The notes beneath the pieces are model-generated. The model was not told where the DNA came from. It worked only from the letters and a program-made list of their open reading frames with translations, and searched no databases. Below are positions 21,311 to 30,040 of a stretch of 54,230 bases of DNA, in pieces. The DNA is taken from the IMG/VR virus record IMGVR_UViG_3300047554_000160, positions 1 to 54,230 of that record; one strand, written 5' to 3'. Each line of letters begins with the position of its first letter. Within the stretch, counting starts at the first letter, position 1. The translations under genes were made by a program, and so were the position numbers. This DNA is from a virus. Taxonomy: Duplodnaviria > Caudoviricetes.

Positions 21311-23248
21311 TTAAATTTTTGAAAGCCCTGCTAGGCGCTTAATGTCTTCAAATTGCTGAGCTACTGCCTGTTGCCCACGCATTGCTTCAGTCTTCGCCTG
21401 CATTTGCTCGACATACTTTTCAACTAGTTTGCCAACATGATCACCAAACTGTTTGCCGGCCATAATACCTAGCTCAGTCGGTCCTTTACGCCACTCGCCT
21501 AATCCTTGTTCGGCTGCGTGTTTATTGTAGAACGGTTTGATAAATTCTACAATTTCTTTCATAGACGGAGTATGACCTTCTGGTTTGCTTTCTGCATTTT
21601 CCATGTCTTCTCCTTCTTCGGGCATTTCTTTGTCCATGTGTCCTAATTCGCCAAGTGTGTCAGAAACAAAGTCTTCATCGTAACTGATCATATATCTTGC
21701 CTGCTTTGGACTCATATTAAATTCTTTTATTAGAATCATTCCAATGGCACTAATTAGATCATCTTCTTTTGCCGAATCGTATTTGATGCCTTTATCAAAT
21801 AAAATTTTTGCCACTTGATAGCTTGTGCGATCTTCTGGAGATTCTGCTACAGGTTGTTGCGGTGCTGCCGCAGGATCTACAGCAGGTGCAGGAGCCGGTG
21901 CTGCCGGTACAGGTTGTTCAGCCGCACCCAATTCTTGAGCTGCTTCTGGATCGTCTTTCATTAACCAAGACATGATGATTTCTTTAGGATCACCTTCTGG
22001 ATTTAATTCTGCGTTTGCTGCTAATGCTTTTTCTAATGTTTCGTTATGAACGCCAATGCCCTGTAATGCTTCTATTGCGCCAGTTGCATCTGGGCCACCG
22101 TAAGTTAAGCCACTGTCTAGTAAATCTTTAAGAGCCATAATTGTATCTGGCTCTAGTGTTCCTTCAGTAACTGCTACTGTCCAAGACTCAAATGCAGCGA
22201 ACGGATCAACAGAATCGTCATCCATTGTTTCGTCTAGATTATTGAATGACTGTGCTACTTGTGTAAGATCAATTTCTCCGGCTTCTTGCATAATTTTATG
22301 AATTAGTGGGAAATATTGAGTTAGATCTTCTTTAAAATTCTTTTGTGTAAATTTGTCTTTGTAGTCTTCCATAGTTGCTTGGTCAAGTACAAATCCGTCA
22401 TCTTCACTAGGCTGTAGTTCAGAAATCCATTGCTCGTAAAACTTTTGTCCGCTCAGACATTCAATTGTTTTTCTAAGTTCGTTTAACTTACCTTGACTGC
22501 GTTCTAAAATCTCATTAACTTCTGTATTCATTCCGTCGTGATGTCCAACGTGACGTTTGAATGCAACTAATTGACTAACTTTTTCACTTAGGTTAATAAT
22601 TTCTTTACCGGCTTCGTCATAAGGGCGGCCGCCGTTAGCTACGTGACGTTGCATAGCCTTTGCACCAGCTAAGTGTATGAATGGATACTTGAAACGCTCT
22701 CCGTCCGAATTTTCAATGAATAGTGCATTAATGTTGCGGCTTCTTGCACCTTTTTGTGTTTCATCGATTGCTTTAGAGTGGCGTACAATTAGACGTGTAT
22801 TTTCTAATTTTCTCATGCTGGTCTTTGGACCACGTGCAATCATTGCAGATTCATTCATAGTATTTTCCTTAGTTCCTGTTTGTGCAAGATACTGAAAGTC
22901 GTTCTTGTTCAAATTACTCTTAGTAATATCTCGTGTGTCAAAACGCAACATTCTGCGCTTGGCAAAATATCGCATTTCTCTTAAAAATTCATACCACTCG
23001 TTAAGTGTAACTGTATCAACGTCTTCTGTAATTCCTTGGCTATAGAAGATTTTCAATGTTCCTAGCTCATGAATAGAAACGCTGACACGACCTAGATTGT
23101 TGCCCTCTATGACAAAATCAAAGTCAAAAAATCGTGCGTCTTTGGGGTTAGTTGTAATTGTACCCTGATCGTCGCCCATTTCTAAATTAGTGAAGCGGCC
23201 GCGAACTTTGTCAAAAACGTCTTGTGCAATAAATTCAATGATGTTCAT
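21311..23248 (-). CDS. Large hypothetical late protein, probably head-associated or internal
   Basis: 645 aa, TAAATA-N5-ATG, acidic Pro/Ala-rich linkers, C-terminal IKRLAGL. Confidence 0.6.
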   Translation of the reverse strand: MNIIEFIAQDVFDKVRGRFTNLEMGDDQGTITTNPKDARFFDFDFVIEGNNLGRVSVSIHELGTLKIFYSQGITEDVDTVTLNEWYEFLREMRYFAKRRMLRFDTRDITKSNLNKNDFQYLAQTGTKENTMNESAMIARGPKTSMRKLENTRLIVRHSKAIDETQKGARSRNINALFIENSDGERFKYPFIHLAGAKAMQRHVANGGRPYDEAGKEIINLSEKVSQLVAFKRHVGHHDGMNTEVNEILERSQGKLNELRKTIECLSGQKFYEQWISELQPSEDDGFVLDQATMEDYKDKFTQKNFKEDLTQYFPLIHKIMQEAGEIDLTQVAQSFNNLDETMDDDSVDPFAAFESWTVAVTEGTLEPDTIMALKDLLDSGLTYGGPDATGAIEALQGIGVHNETLEKALAANAELNPEGDPKEIIMSWLMKDDPEAAQELGAAEQPVPAAPAPAPAVDPAAAPQQPVAESPEDRTSYQVAKILFDKGIKYDSAKEDDLISAIGMILIKEFNMSPKQARYMISYDEDFVSDTLGELGHMDKEMPEEGEDMENAESKPEGHTPSMKEIVEFIKPFYNKHAAEQGLGEWRKGPTELGIMAGKQFGDHVGKLVEKYVEQMQAKTEAMRGQQAVAQQFEDIKRLAGLSKI

Positions 23249-23259
23249 TAGCGTATTTA

Positions 23260-24846
23260 TTAAAAATGTGATACAAAGATCGGCATGGGCAAGTCAGCTT
23301 CATCTAGCGCCCTGTCTTCGATCATTTTCTCATAAACTGTAGGATCCCAATCACCCAGCATACTGATCATACGAACTGCTAAAAGCATACTAGATACTAA
23401 ATCGTCGTGCTCATTAACTTTTGCTTCAAAACTAACACCGTTTGCAATATATGTTTTAAGCTCACTAATCAATGCTTTGCTCTTAATTTTTAGACGCTTT
23501 TGCTCAATTAACTGCTTGAGCTTTGCACAGGCAGCAATCTTGCTAACGTTAGTGGTATTGAAACCTCTACGGAACCGACGAACATGTCCTTTCTTAATCG
23601 GCTCGCTCATAAACATTCCAGGCACAGTTTCTTCACCCATTTCGTTAATAGCAACTAATGCGGCTTCTCCTACAGTATTGTTTTCGACAGAGTAATAGAT
23701 CTGTCCTCGATTTTCTGACTTAGCACATTCTCCGTCAATGTACCGGCAGATTTCTCGCATGATCCGCACTTGTTGCTGTACAGGCGTAGTGTTATGGTTC
23801 CACTCTCCTACTTGATCGAAACTAGGAACTTCTACAATTTGTATGGCTGCATAATCTCCACCCGTACCTAGGCTAGGGTCAAGAGATACTACGTAGAGGC
23901 TATCCGGTCGTATCTTTTTATACCACCGAACTTGCCCCATTTTCATTATGGGTTCTATTCCTTCTAGGTCAGACAAAGTAATACTATTGATCAGCGTTTC
24001 ATCAAAGATTAAGAATTCACACTCGTGTTCTCGACGGAATCGTTCTTCTCCAATACGTGATCTTTCTGTGTTTGCCCACTCCTCATCTCGATCAGGATGT
24101 TCGCTCCAGTGTGCTCTAAAGGGGAAGAATCCGTTACGACCTAGTTCTTGCTCGTTACCAAAGTCGTCAAATCGTTTGTTAGCTTCTTTCCAAATTTGAG
24201 CAAACTGATCTTCGTCCGAGTTAGGAGTTGAAGTAATAATTGCTTTACCACCAGTTGCTAGTGTAGGCGAAATAGAAGTCCAGAACTCGCTAGCAATGTT
24301 TGGTTCAACGAACGCAAATTCGTCTGCGTATAGTAAGGATAGCGACAAACCTCGACCAGTAGTAGGTGTAGTTGTTTGTGCAATAATACGACTACCGTTG
24401 TCAAACTCTAGACTCTGTTTGTTATAACTCTTAACACCACAACGAATGTGATCAGGACAAAGTTCGTACCCGTAACGAATACGTGACATAATTTCCTGAG
24501 CACCTGTATATTTGTGCGCGGCAACTAGAACCGTTGCATCTGGAACAAACATAGCATACCACAATAGGTATCCTGCGGCTGTAGTTGTTTTACCTGTTTG
24601 ACGAGGTAAAAGATTTACATTGAAACGATGATTATGATAACTGTCGATTAATCTCTTTTGATATTCATAGGGATCGTAAAGCAACTTGCCCTTAACTGGG
24701 TGTTGAATATGAAAAAAGTTTTCAAGAAAGTAGTGAGGGCCATTTACAGGATCCTGACATTTCATCAGATCCTCAATATCCTTTTCTGTCCATGTCTGGG
24801 TAGCAAAGGGCTTCTTAACTAGATTGTCGTACTTATTAACTGCCAT
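23260..24846 (-). CDS. terL: Terminase large subunit, T4 gp17-like
   Basis: YQ adenine-binding motif, LPRQTGKTT, LYADEFAFV, ITSTPN, RFRREHECEF, SLDPSLGTGGDYAA, HDDLV. Confidence 0.95.
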   Translation of the reverse strand: MAVNKYDNLVKKPFATQTWTEKDIEDLMKCQDPVNGPHYFLENFFHIQHPVKGKLLYDPYEYQKRLIDSYHNHRFNVNLLPRQTGKTTTAAGYLLWYAMFVPDATVLVAAHKYTGAQEIMSRIRYGYELCPDHIRCGVKSYNKQSLEFDNGSRIIAQTTTPTTGRGLSLSLLYADEFAFVEPNIASEFWTSISPTLATGGKAIITSTPNSDEDQFAQIWKEANKRFDDFGNEQELGRNGFFPFRAHWSEHPDRDEEWANTERSRIGEERFRREHECEFLIFDETLINSITLSDLEGIEPIMKMGQVRWYKKIRPDSLYVVSLDPSLGTGGDYAAIQIVEVPSFDQVGEWNHNTTPVQQQVRIMREICRYIDGECAKSENRGQIYYSVENNTVGEAALVAINEMGEETVPGMFMSEPIKKGHVRRFRRGFNTTNVSKIAACAKLKQLIEQKRLKIKSKALISELKTYIANGVSFEAKVNEHDDLVSSMLLAVRMISMLGDWDPTVYEKMIEDRALDEADLPMPIFVSHF

Positions 24847-24860
24847 GAAAATATTTACCG

Positions 24861-24887
24861 AAAAAAATAGCCTCCGGAGAGGCTATT
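24861..24887 (-). terminator. Rho-independent terminator
   Basis: AATAGCCTC-tccg-GAGGCTATT followed by a T run on the minus strand, after the 24905-25870 gene. Confidence 0.8.
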
Positions 24888-24904
24888 GATTTGTTAATTT
24901 TGGA

Positions 24905-25870
24905 TTAACGTTTGTTAGACCAAACTTTAGCGCCAGAACTTTGATTTCTCTTTTCTGTAGCGGCATCTGCGGTCTTTTGACTCTTTTCTTTCTGCTTTCG
25001 CATGAAAGCAGGAATCTTGTCCATGTCTGGACCTTCTGCTACGAACTTTTTGTATTCGTCAAATAGCTTGGCTTCAAAAGCTGCCATTGTATTAACTGAT
25101 TCGTCTTTCTTTGTCTCGTCCGGCATTGGGTTAGATCCGCTGTTTGGAGGAGTGTAATCAAAGTCACGCACTTTATTAACTACGTGAGCAAAGTCATTTG
25201 GGTTATAATCACGAGTAGAAATCTTAGGACTATTGTCATAGCTTTCCTCGCCATCATCACTACGAGCGTTCAATTTGTCAGTTGTACTGCCTTTGATTGG
25301 CTCGTCGCTAGTAACTTTAACTGGCATGTCTGTAGAAATCTTTACTGGTTGTCCAGTTTTAACTTTCTTGATCAAATCTGCAATTTCGTCTGCACCACTA
25401 TCGTCCATTCCTGCTGGTCCGCCAGTTAAAGGACCAGTGTCTGGTTTTTCTAGCTCGTGATCTTTTGAATCGTGATCACCGTCCATATCAACATCGCCTA
25501 GTGCCTTTAGCATAGGATCTGCCGACGGCATTCCCATGCCTTGACTTGGCTCGTCTGTTTTTGCAAGGTCCATAATACCACGCATCATAGCAACGATTTC
25601 GCCTGCATTGCCTGCACTCATATTGATGCTTGCTGGCATCATAGGCGGCATCGGTGCTCCCATTCCCATCATTCCGCACTCAGCAATAACAGATTCATTA
25701 AGTTGTTTCTTAACTCCGCTCAGTGCTTTTAATTCATTTAGATTAGGTTCTGGTAAATTGATTTCAACTTCTTTACCTTCGGTTAGAACTGCTGGTTTTT
25801 CAACAGGTGCAGCCTTAGGTTCAGATCCCTTTACGCTTTCTAATCTTTTAAGTATGTCTAGCATTTCCAT
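24905..25870 (-). CDS. Hypothetical low-complexity protein, probable internal head protein
   Basis: M/P/D-rich; several L/I/V-x-E sites (LTE, LNE, IAE, VAE); AGGA RBS. Confidence 0.6.
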   Translation of the reverse strand: MEMLDILKRLESVKGSEPKAAPVEKPAVLTEGKEVEINLPEPNLNELKALSGVKKQLNESVIAECGMMGMGAPMPPMMPASINMSAGNAGEIVAMMRGIMDLAKTDEPSQGMGMPSADPMLKALGDVDMDGDHDSKDHELEKPDTGPLTGGPAGMDDSGADEIADLIKKVKTGQPVKISTDMPVKVTSDEPIKGSTTDKLNARSDDGEESYDNSPKISTRDYNPNDFAHVVNKVRDFDYTPPNSGSNPMPDETKKDESVNTMAAFEAKLFDEYKKFVAEGPDMDKIPAFMRKQKEKSQKTADAATEKRNQSSGAKVWSNKR

Positions 25871-25882
25871 GTTTTATTTCCT

Positions 25883-26401
25883 TTATTGACCCGCGCTTGG
25901 GATCTGTTCGCCACGTTGCTTGCGTCTTTCGGCTGCGTCGGCGTTTAGTTGCTTTAAAAATGAGTTATTATATTTTTCACCATAGAAGTCATCAAACTTT
26001 GCATTTGGTGCTTCTTTATAATCTGGATCAGATAATAAAGCACCTGTACGAGTTTCGGCAGGTGCTTGGTATTCTTCAGTTGGTTCTAGCGGGCTACGTA
26101 CAACCATGTAGTTTTCGTTAATGCCCATTTCAGCTGTTAGGTATTTGTGTAATTCGTTAGCAGTAGTAGGGTAACTTAGTGTTACTTCGTAGATGCTAAC
26201 TTCTGCGTTTTTAATTTTAGGGAAATCTAACGGTAGTTGCTGAATAGGAGTCTTGCCTTTTTTGCTGAACTCAGCTACGCTGAAACGCTCTAGTAAGCCT
26301 TTCATTTTTGCTTCATTATCGGATGTGCATTCCTGTGCGACTTTAATTCTAAAGTCGTATTTCTTAACTGATTCTGTTAGGTATTCTTTGAATGATCTCA
26401 T
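25883..26401 (-). CDS. Hypothetical protein with T4 capsid-targeting-like N-terminus
   Basis: Starts MRSFKEYLTE (compare T4 internal-protein MKTYQEFIAE); upstream TAAATA at 26420-26425. Confidence 0.6.
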   Translation of the reverse strand: MRSFKEYLTESVKKYDFRIKVAQECTSDNEAKMKGLLERFSVAEFSKKGKTPIQQLPLDFPKIKNAEVSIYEVTLSYPTTANELHKYLTAEMGINENYMVVRSPLEPTEEYQAPAETRTGALLSDPDYKEAPNAKFDDFYGEKYNNSFLKQLNADAAERRKQRGEQIPSAGQ

Positions 26402-26418
26402 AGCGGTTTTCCTATGCT

Positions 26419-26898
26419 TTATTTATCAAGATTTTTAAGTTTTGCAAGCAGGCTATTACGGTCTGTAATCAGCGTACCCTCGGCTTGAATAGCATCTGCA
26501 GGAGCATCGCCGTTCTTTTTATCTACAGCATACTTTTTAAGCTGTAATTCTACCATCTTTAGCTTTTTGTCAATCTTTGCACTTTTGGCATCAATTGCGT
26601 TCTTAAGCATTACACCTGCAACTTCAAACATACGTGCGCCATATCTTGCTTCTACGTTCATACCTAAATCCATTAGATCGTCGTAGGCTTTTTCAGCTTT
26701 GTTTGCAAGCCCATCTAATTCTGCATCGCTTAGATCACCAAGTCCTTTTACTCTAGGAAGTGCTGCGGAAATTTTATCAAATTCTTCAAGTTTTTCTTGT
26801 AGAGAAATTACCTGCTGTTCGGGGATTTCTTGCGGAGCAATCACTGGATCAGCATCGGGCTCTGGCAGATTAAAAAGTTCTTCAAGTTTCTTAGTCAT
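26419..26898 (-). CDS. Probable terminase small subunit (gp16-like)
   Basis: 159-aa helical protein; A.KAY..LM.LG...E.R...R.FEVA..ML; C-terminal TDRNSLL; near terL. Confidence 0.55.
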   Translation of the reverse strand: MTKKLEELFNLPEPDADPVIAPQEIPEQQVISLQEKLEEFDKISAALPRVKGLGDLSDAELDGLANKAEKAYDDLMDLGMNVEARYGARMFEVAGVMLKNAIDAKSAKIDKKLKMVELQLKKYAVDKKNGDAPADAIQAEGTLITDRNSLLAKLKNLDK

Positions 26899-26906
26899 AT
26901 CTTTAC

Positions 26907-27347
26907 TTATCGCTTTTTGCTGCCATTATGGAAAATATCACGCTCACTGACTACTCTAAACTTAATACCTCTGCCCTTGCACCATGCTTGTGCAGCTTCC
27001 CATTTAGCTAGATTTTTAATATACTGTGCTTGGTTATGAGGATTTTTACCTACAGCTTCTCTAATGGCTTGATTATTAGGTTTTATTTCTATAAGCTCTG
27101 CATGACGTTTTAGATTCTTATCAGTATATACAATTAAAAAGTCCGGAACATAAACTGTGTTTTTACCTGTTAAAGGATCTCGATAGGGAATTTTTACAGC
27201 TTCACTGGCCCATTGCTCAACCGCAGGATTATTGTCACAGAACAACATAAATGTGTGTTCCCAGCTTGACCTATATATAGGATCGTGTCCGCCTACGTAT
27301 TTCTCTGGGTTCTTTGGCACAAATCTGCCCTTGGCAGTATTTCTCAT
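26907..27347 (-). CDS. Head-completion nuclease, T4 gp4-like (TnsA-type PD-(D/E)xK)
   Basis: GRFVPKNPEKYVG, YRSSWE, WASE, Y.PDF, IEIKP, N.AKWEAA, F.V..E. Confidence 0.88.
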   Translation of the reverse strand: MRNTAKGRFVPKNPEKYVGGHDPIYRSSWEHTFMLFCDNNPAVEQWASEAVKIPYRDPLTGKNTVYVPDFLIVYTDKNLKRHAELIEIKPNNQAIREAVGKNPHNQAQYIKNLAKWEAAQAWCKGRGIKFRVVSERDIFHNGSKKR

Positions 27348-27721
27348 TATGGTAGTATGTTTCGTTTAACAAAATCAACAGGCGTAACTTTTTGTACAGA
27401 ACCTAGTACGCTAGTCTTGTATCGGTTGAAGTTTAAAATCTCAGATACAAACTGGCTAAGTTCTATATTACCCAATGAGCGCATAGAGTCTAGTACATTC
27501 ATTGGATTAAAATTATCACGCTTGGCCTGCATCATAATTGTAATAGAAATGTTTTCAGCTGATTCTTCGCTAAAGCCTTTGCTAGACAATAGCCCTGTCA
27601 TAGCTGTCAGTGTTTCATTATCAAGTTGAACCGGAACGTCATTATATTGACTTAACTGTTTGTTAGTTAAATCACTAGAAGACCCCGAAGTATCTTTTGA
27701 TGGTAAGTTAGTATAAATCAT
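27347..27721 (-). CDS. Hypothetical protein
   Basis: 124-aa ORF coupled to both neighbours. Confidence 0.6.
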   Translation of the reverse strand: MIYTNLPSKDTSGSSSDLTNKQLSQYNDVPVQLDNETLTAMTGLLSSKGFSEESAENISITIMMQAKRDNFNPMNVLDSMRSLGNIELSQFVSEILNFNRYKTSVLGSVQKVTPVDFVKRNILP

Positions 27722-29313
27722 GCAAAATATGTAGTTGTAGAATCATCATCATTTTGTTCATAAACATTAGTTACCTGAACATCGAGATCCTCAGAGTCAT
27801 TAAGAGTTACAACAGTTTCATTGTCTTCTTCAAAGCTGACTGTATCATCTGGGTTTTCAGCTTGTTCAGCTTCTGCTAATTGTTCTTCTAATTCTGCTTC
27901 TTCTAGTTGAACGCTTTCTAAACTAGCTTGTAATTTATCCGGGTCGGTGTAACCTAGTTCATCGTATTCGGAATATATTGCCTCAGTTGCTTCCGGATCT
28001 CCTTCAGCTGCCGCCAGGCGTGCATCTAGTTCTTCTTTTAGACCTCGATTTTTTTCAATATCTGCTGCGAGCGCCGCGGCTGCGGCTGTTTTTTCAGCTT
28101 TGGCATTTGATAATGCAGCCGCAGTAGTACCGGCTCCGGACGGAAGTAGGCCTTTTATTGAACTGCTAATTTTACTAGTTAGTCCGCTAACAGCGCCGCC
28201 TATACCCGCAGTTAGACCGCCTAGCGTAAAACCTGCACCACCTGGTTGTGCAGATCTCGGAATTGCACCAGTTGGCTGTTCTCCAGGAAGTGTTGCTAAT
28301 GCAAGACCTGCAGGACTTTTTCCTGTGAGAATATCCGGTAGTTGCCCTGTTCTTGCAACCTTATCAAGAATGCCGTAGCCTTCTGCAAGAATTCCTGCCT
28401 TGGTAATATTTTTTGCATTCTTAGCAAGAGAAGCAACACCTCTAGCTGTTTTAAATAATCCTAATGGACTAGTATCTCCTCCACCGCCGAGAACTTCTCC
28501 AATACCGGGGATAATTCCACCTGGACCAAGAATACTGCTATTGCCGCCACCAAATACACTTAATGGACCAGGCGTACTGTCATAGTGAATAGTTGCAAAG
28601 CCAGTCGGATTATCTCTTTTAATTTGACCAGTTCCATACAATACTGTTTCGTATTGGATAGACATGTTATTTTCTAAAAGTTTAGTCTGTGTCTGGTCTA
28701 GTTTGTCGTGACTAAAATCAGTGATTACAGGATTGACTAAAATAAACGCTGTAAATTGTTTTCTGTTTAGTTGATAGATTTCGATACTTCTAAAGAAAGG
28801 ATCAGTCTGCCCGTTGTTCATACCGTAGGCAGTACTTTCGTCTATGTTTGTTCCTATCTTCTTATATTTGGTGTCGCCGAATGATGCAGGGATAGATAGC
28901 CCTGAAGTATTTTTACCATCAACAAAGTAATAATTGTAGTAAGACTTCCACAGGCCAATTGTAGTGTTGTTGTGGTCATCATGAAATGCCATGCTAATAG
29001 GTTGATATTCAATCTTGCTTTGAACTATAGTTTTCTTATTGTATTGATTAACAGTTTCAGTTGCTATTCTGTACTTAGGGAGATCAATGTTCTTTACTAA
29101 TAAACCTAGCTCAGGGCCATTCTTAGAAAGATACTGACTGATAATAGGATTGTTGTTTCTGTTAATGTTAAACACAACATAATACAGAAATCCGGCCTTA
29201 GGAGCCAGCCTAAAATAATCATCAACATACAATCTACTGGCATGTTGATAATCCCTAACTTGGTTAGGAGTCGTTAGGGTCTGACTTAAAAAATTAGTAA
29301 ATGCGTTGGCCAT
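27718..29313 (-). CDS. Tail-tube-like baseplate protein (gp54/gp48-like) with Gly-rich and acidic C-terminal extension
   Basis: LVKNIDLPKY...NQYN.K......YQPISMAFHDD...W..Y; I.YE tube-fold motifs; next to tube gene. Confidence 0.6.
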   Translation of the reverse strand: MANAFTNFLSQTLTTPNQVRDYQHASRLYVDDYFRLAPKAGFLYYVVFNINRNNNPIISQYLSKNGPELGLLVKNIDLPKYRIATETVNQYNKKTIVQSKIEYQPISMAFHDDHNNTTIGLWKSYYNYYFVDGKNTSGLSIPASFGDTKYKKIGTNIDESTAYGMNNGQTDPFFRSIEIYQLNRKQFTAFILVNPVITDFSHDKLDQTQTKLLENNMSIQYETVLYGTGQIKRDNPTGFATIHYDSTPGPLSVFGGGNSSILGPGGIIPGIGEVLGGGGDTSPLGLFKTARGVASLAKNAKNITKAGILAEGYGILDKVARTGQLPDILTGKSPAGLALATLPGEQPTGAIPRSAQPGGAGFTLGGLTAGIGGAVSGLTSKISSSIKGLLPSGAGTTAAALSNAKAEKTAAAAALAADIEKNRGLKEELDARLAAAEGDPEATEAIYSEYDELGYTDPDKLQASLESVQLEEAELEEQLAEAEQAENPDDTVSFEEDNETVVTLNDSEDLDVQVTNVYEQNDDDSTTTYFA

Positions 29314-29329
29314 AGTAATATTTAGTCGT

Positions 29330-29357
29330 AAAAAAAGCCCCCAACGGAGGCTTTTTT
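29330..29357. terminator. Bidirectional Rho-independent terminator after the tail tube gene
   Basis: AAAAAAAGCCCCC-aac-GGAGGCTTTTTT. Confidence 0.8.
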
Positions 29358-29370
29358 CGTTTGGCTAAGA

Positions 29371-30009
29371 TTAACCTGTAGCCAAGGAAGATAAGGTTCT
29401 TCCGACGCTTGCTCCCAAGCCCACCGGTGTGCCTGTAGGTCCAATTTGAAGTGCGTTATCGTATTGGATTGTAAGTGCAATTTCCATTGCTGTACTTTCT
29501 GCGTAGGCTAATTCATTGTAATTGACGCTCTGTAAGTAGCATCCATAAATTTCCCATGTTTCTAAAACATTTGCAGACCAATTCTGGTTATCGCCATTAC
29601 CGCCGTCTAACATTTCAATTCTTGTTAAGAACTTGTACTCTGCGCCAGATGCAGCACTTGCTTGTTCGAAGAAGTCGAACTGCTTCTGTAGTTGCTCGCC
29701 AACTAACTTAGTTACATTACCTTGAGAATCATCACGGATACTCAAGTTCATTGGTTGCCATGTGTGCTTACCAGCATAGTTGATCTGGCTGTTATAAACA
29801 TGTAGCACTTGGTTTTCAAACTGAACTTGTGGTCTCGCAGCAGATACAACCTGCTTTGTTAGTTCGGTTGTTGGCTTTGTAACACCAAAGTTCTCTAACG
29901 ATACACGGAAGCGATATTTCAGCTTCGGCATCAATAGGCCCTGGACGGTGCTACTCTGTCCGCCACCTGCTAGCGGAACTGTGAATCTGCTTAAACTTGC
30001 GATTGCCAT
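29371..30009 (-). CDS. Tail tube protein, gp19-like
   Basis: PKLKYRFRV, RP, YAGKHTWQP..L.IRDD, E.W...GC, L.I.YDNA; follows sheath; GGAG RBS and TAAATA at 30031-30036. Confidence 0.85.
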   Translation of the reverse strand: MAIASLSRFTVPLAGGGQSSTVQGLLMPKLKYRFRVSLENFGVTKPTTELTKQVVSAARPQVQFENQVLHVYNSQINYAGKHTWQPMNLSIRDDSQGNVTKLVGEQLQKQFDFFEQASAASGAEYKFLTRIEMLDGGNGDNQNWSANVLETWEIYGCYLQSVNYNELAYAESTAMEIALTIQYDNALQIGPTGTPVGLGASVGRTLSSLATG

Positions 30010-30040
30010 TATATTTGCTCCTTGTCCTTATATTTACCTA

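Noticed and set aside
8058-24846. Inteins or introns in helicase, UvsX, UvsW or terminase
   Set aside because: Lengths are typical and motifs are contiguous; no C...HN splice junctions or LAGLIDADG motifs seen.
26907-27347. TnsA-like nuclease as evidence of a Tn7-like transposon
   Set aside because: Motifs and context match the T4 gp4 head-completion protein; no TnsB/TnsC genes or transposon ends.
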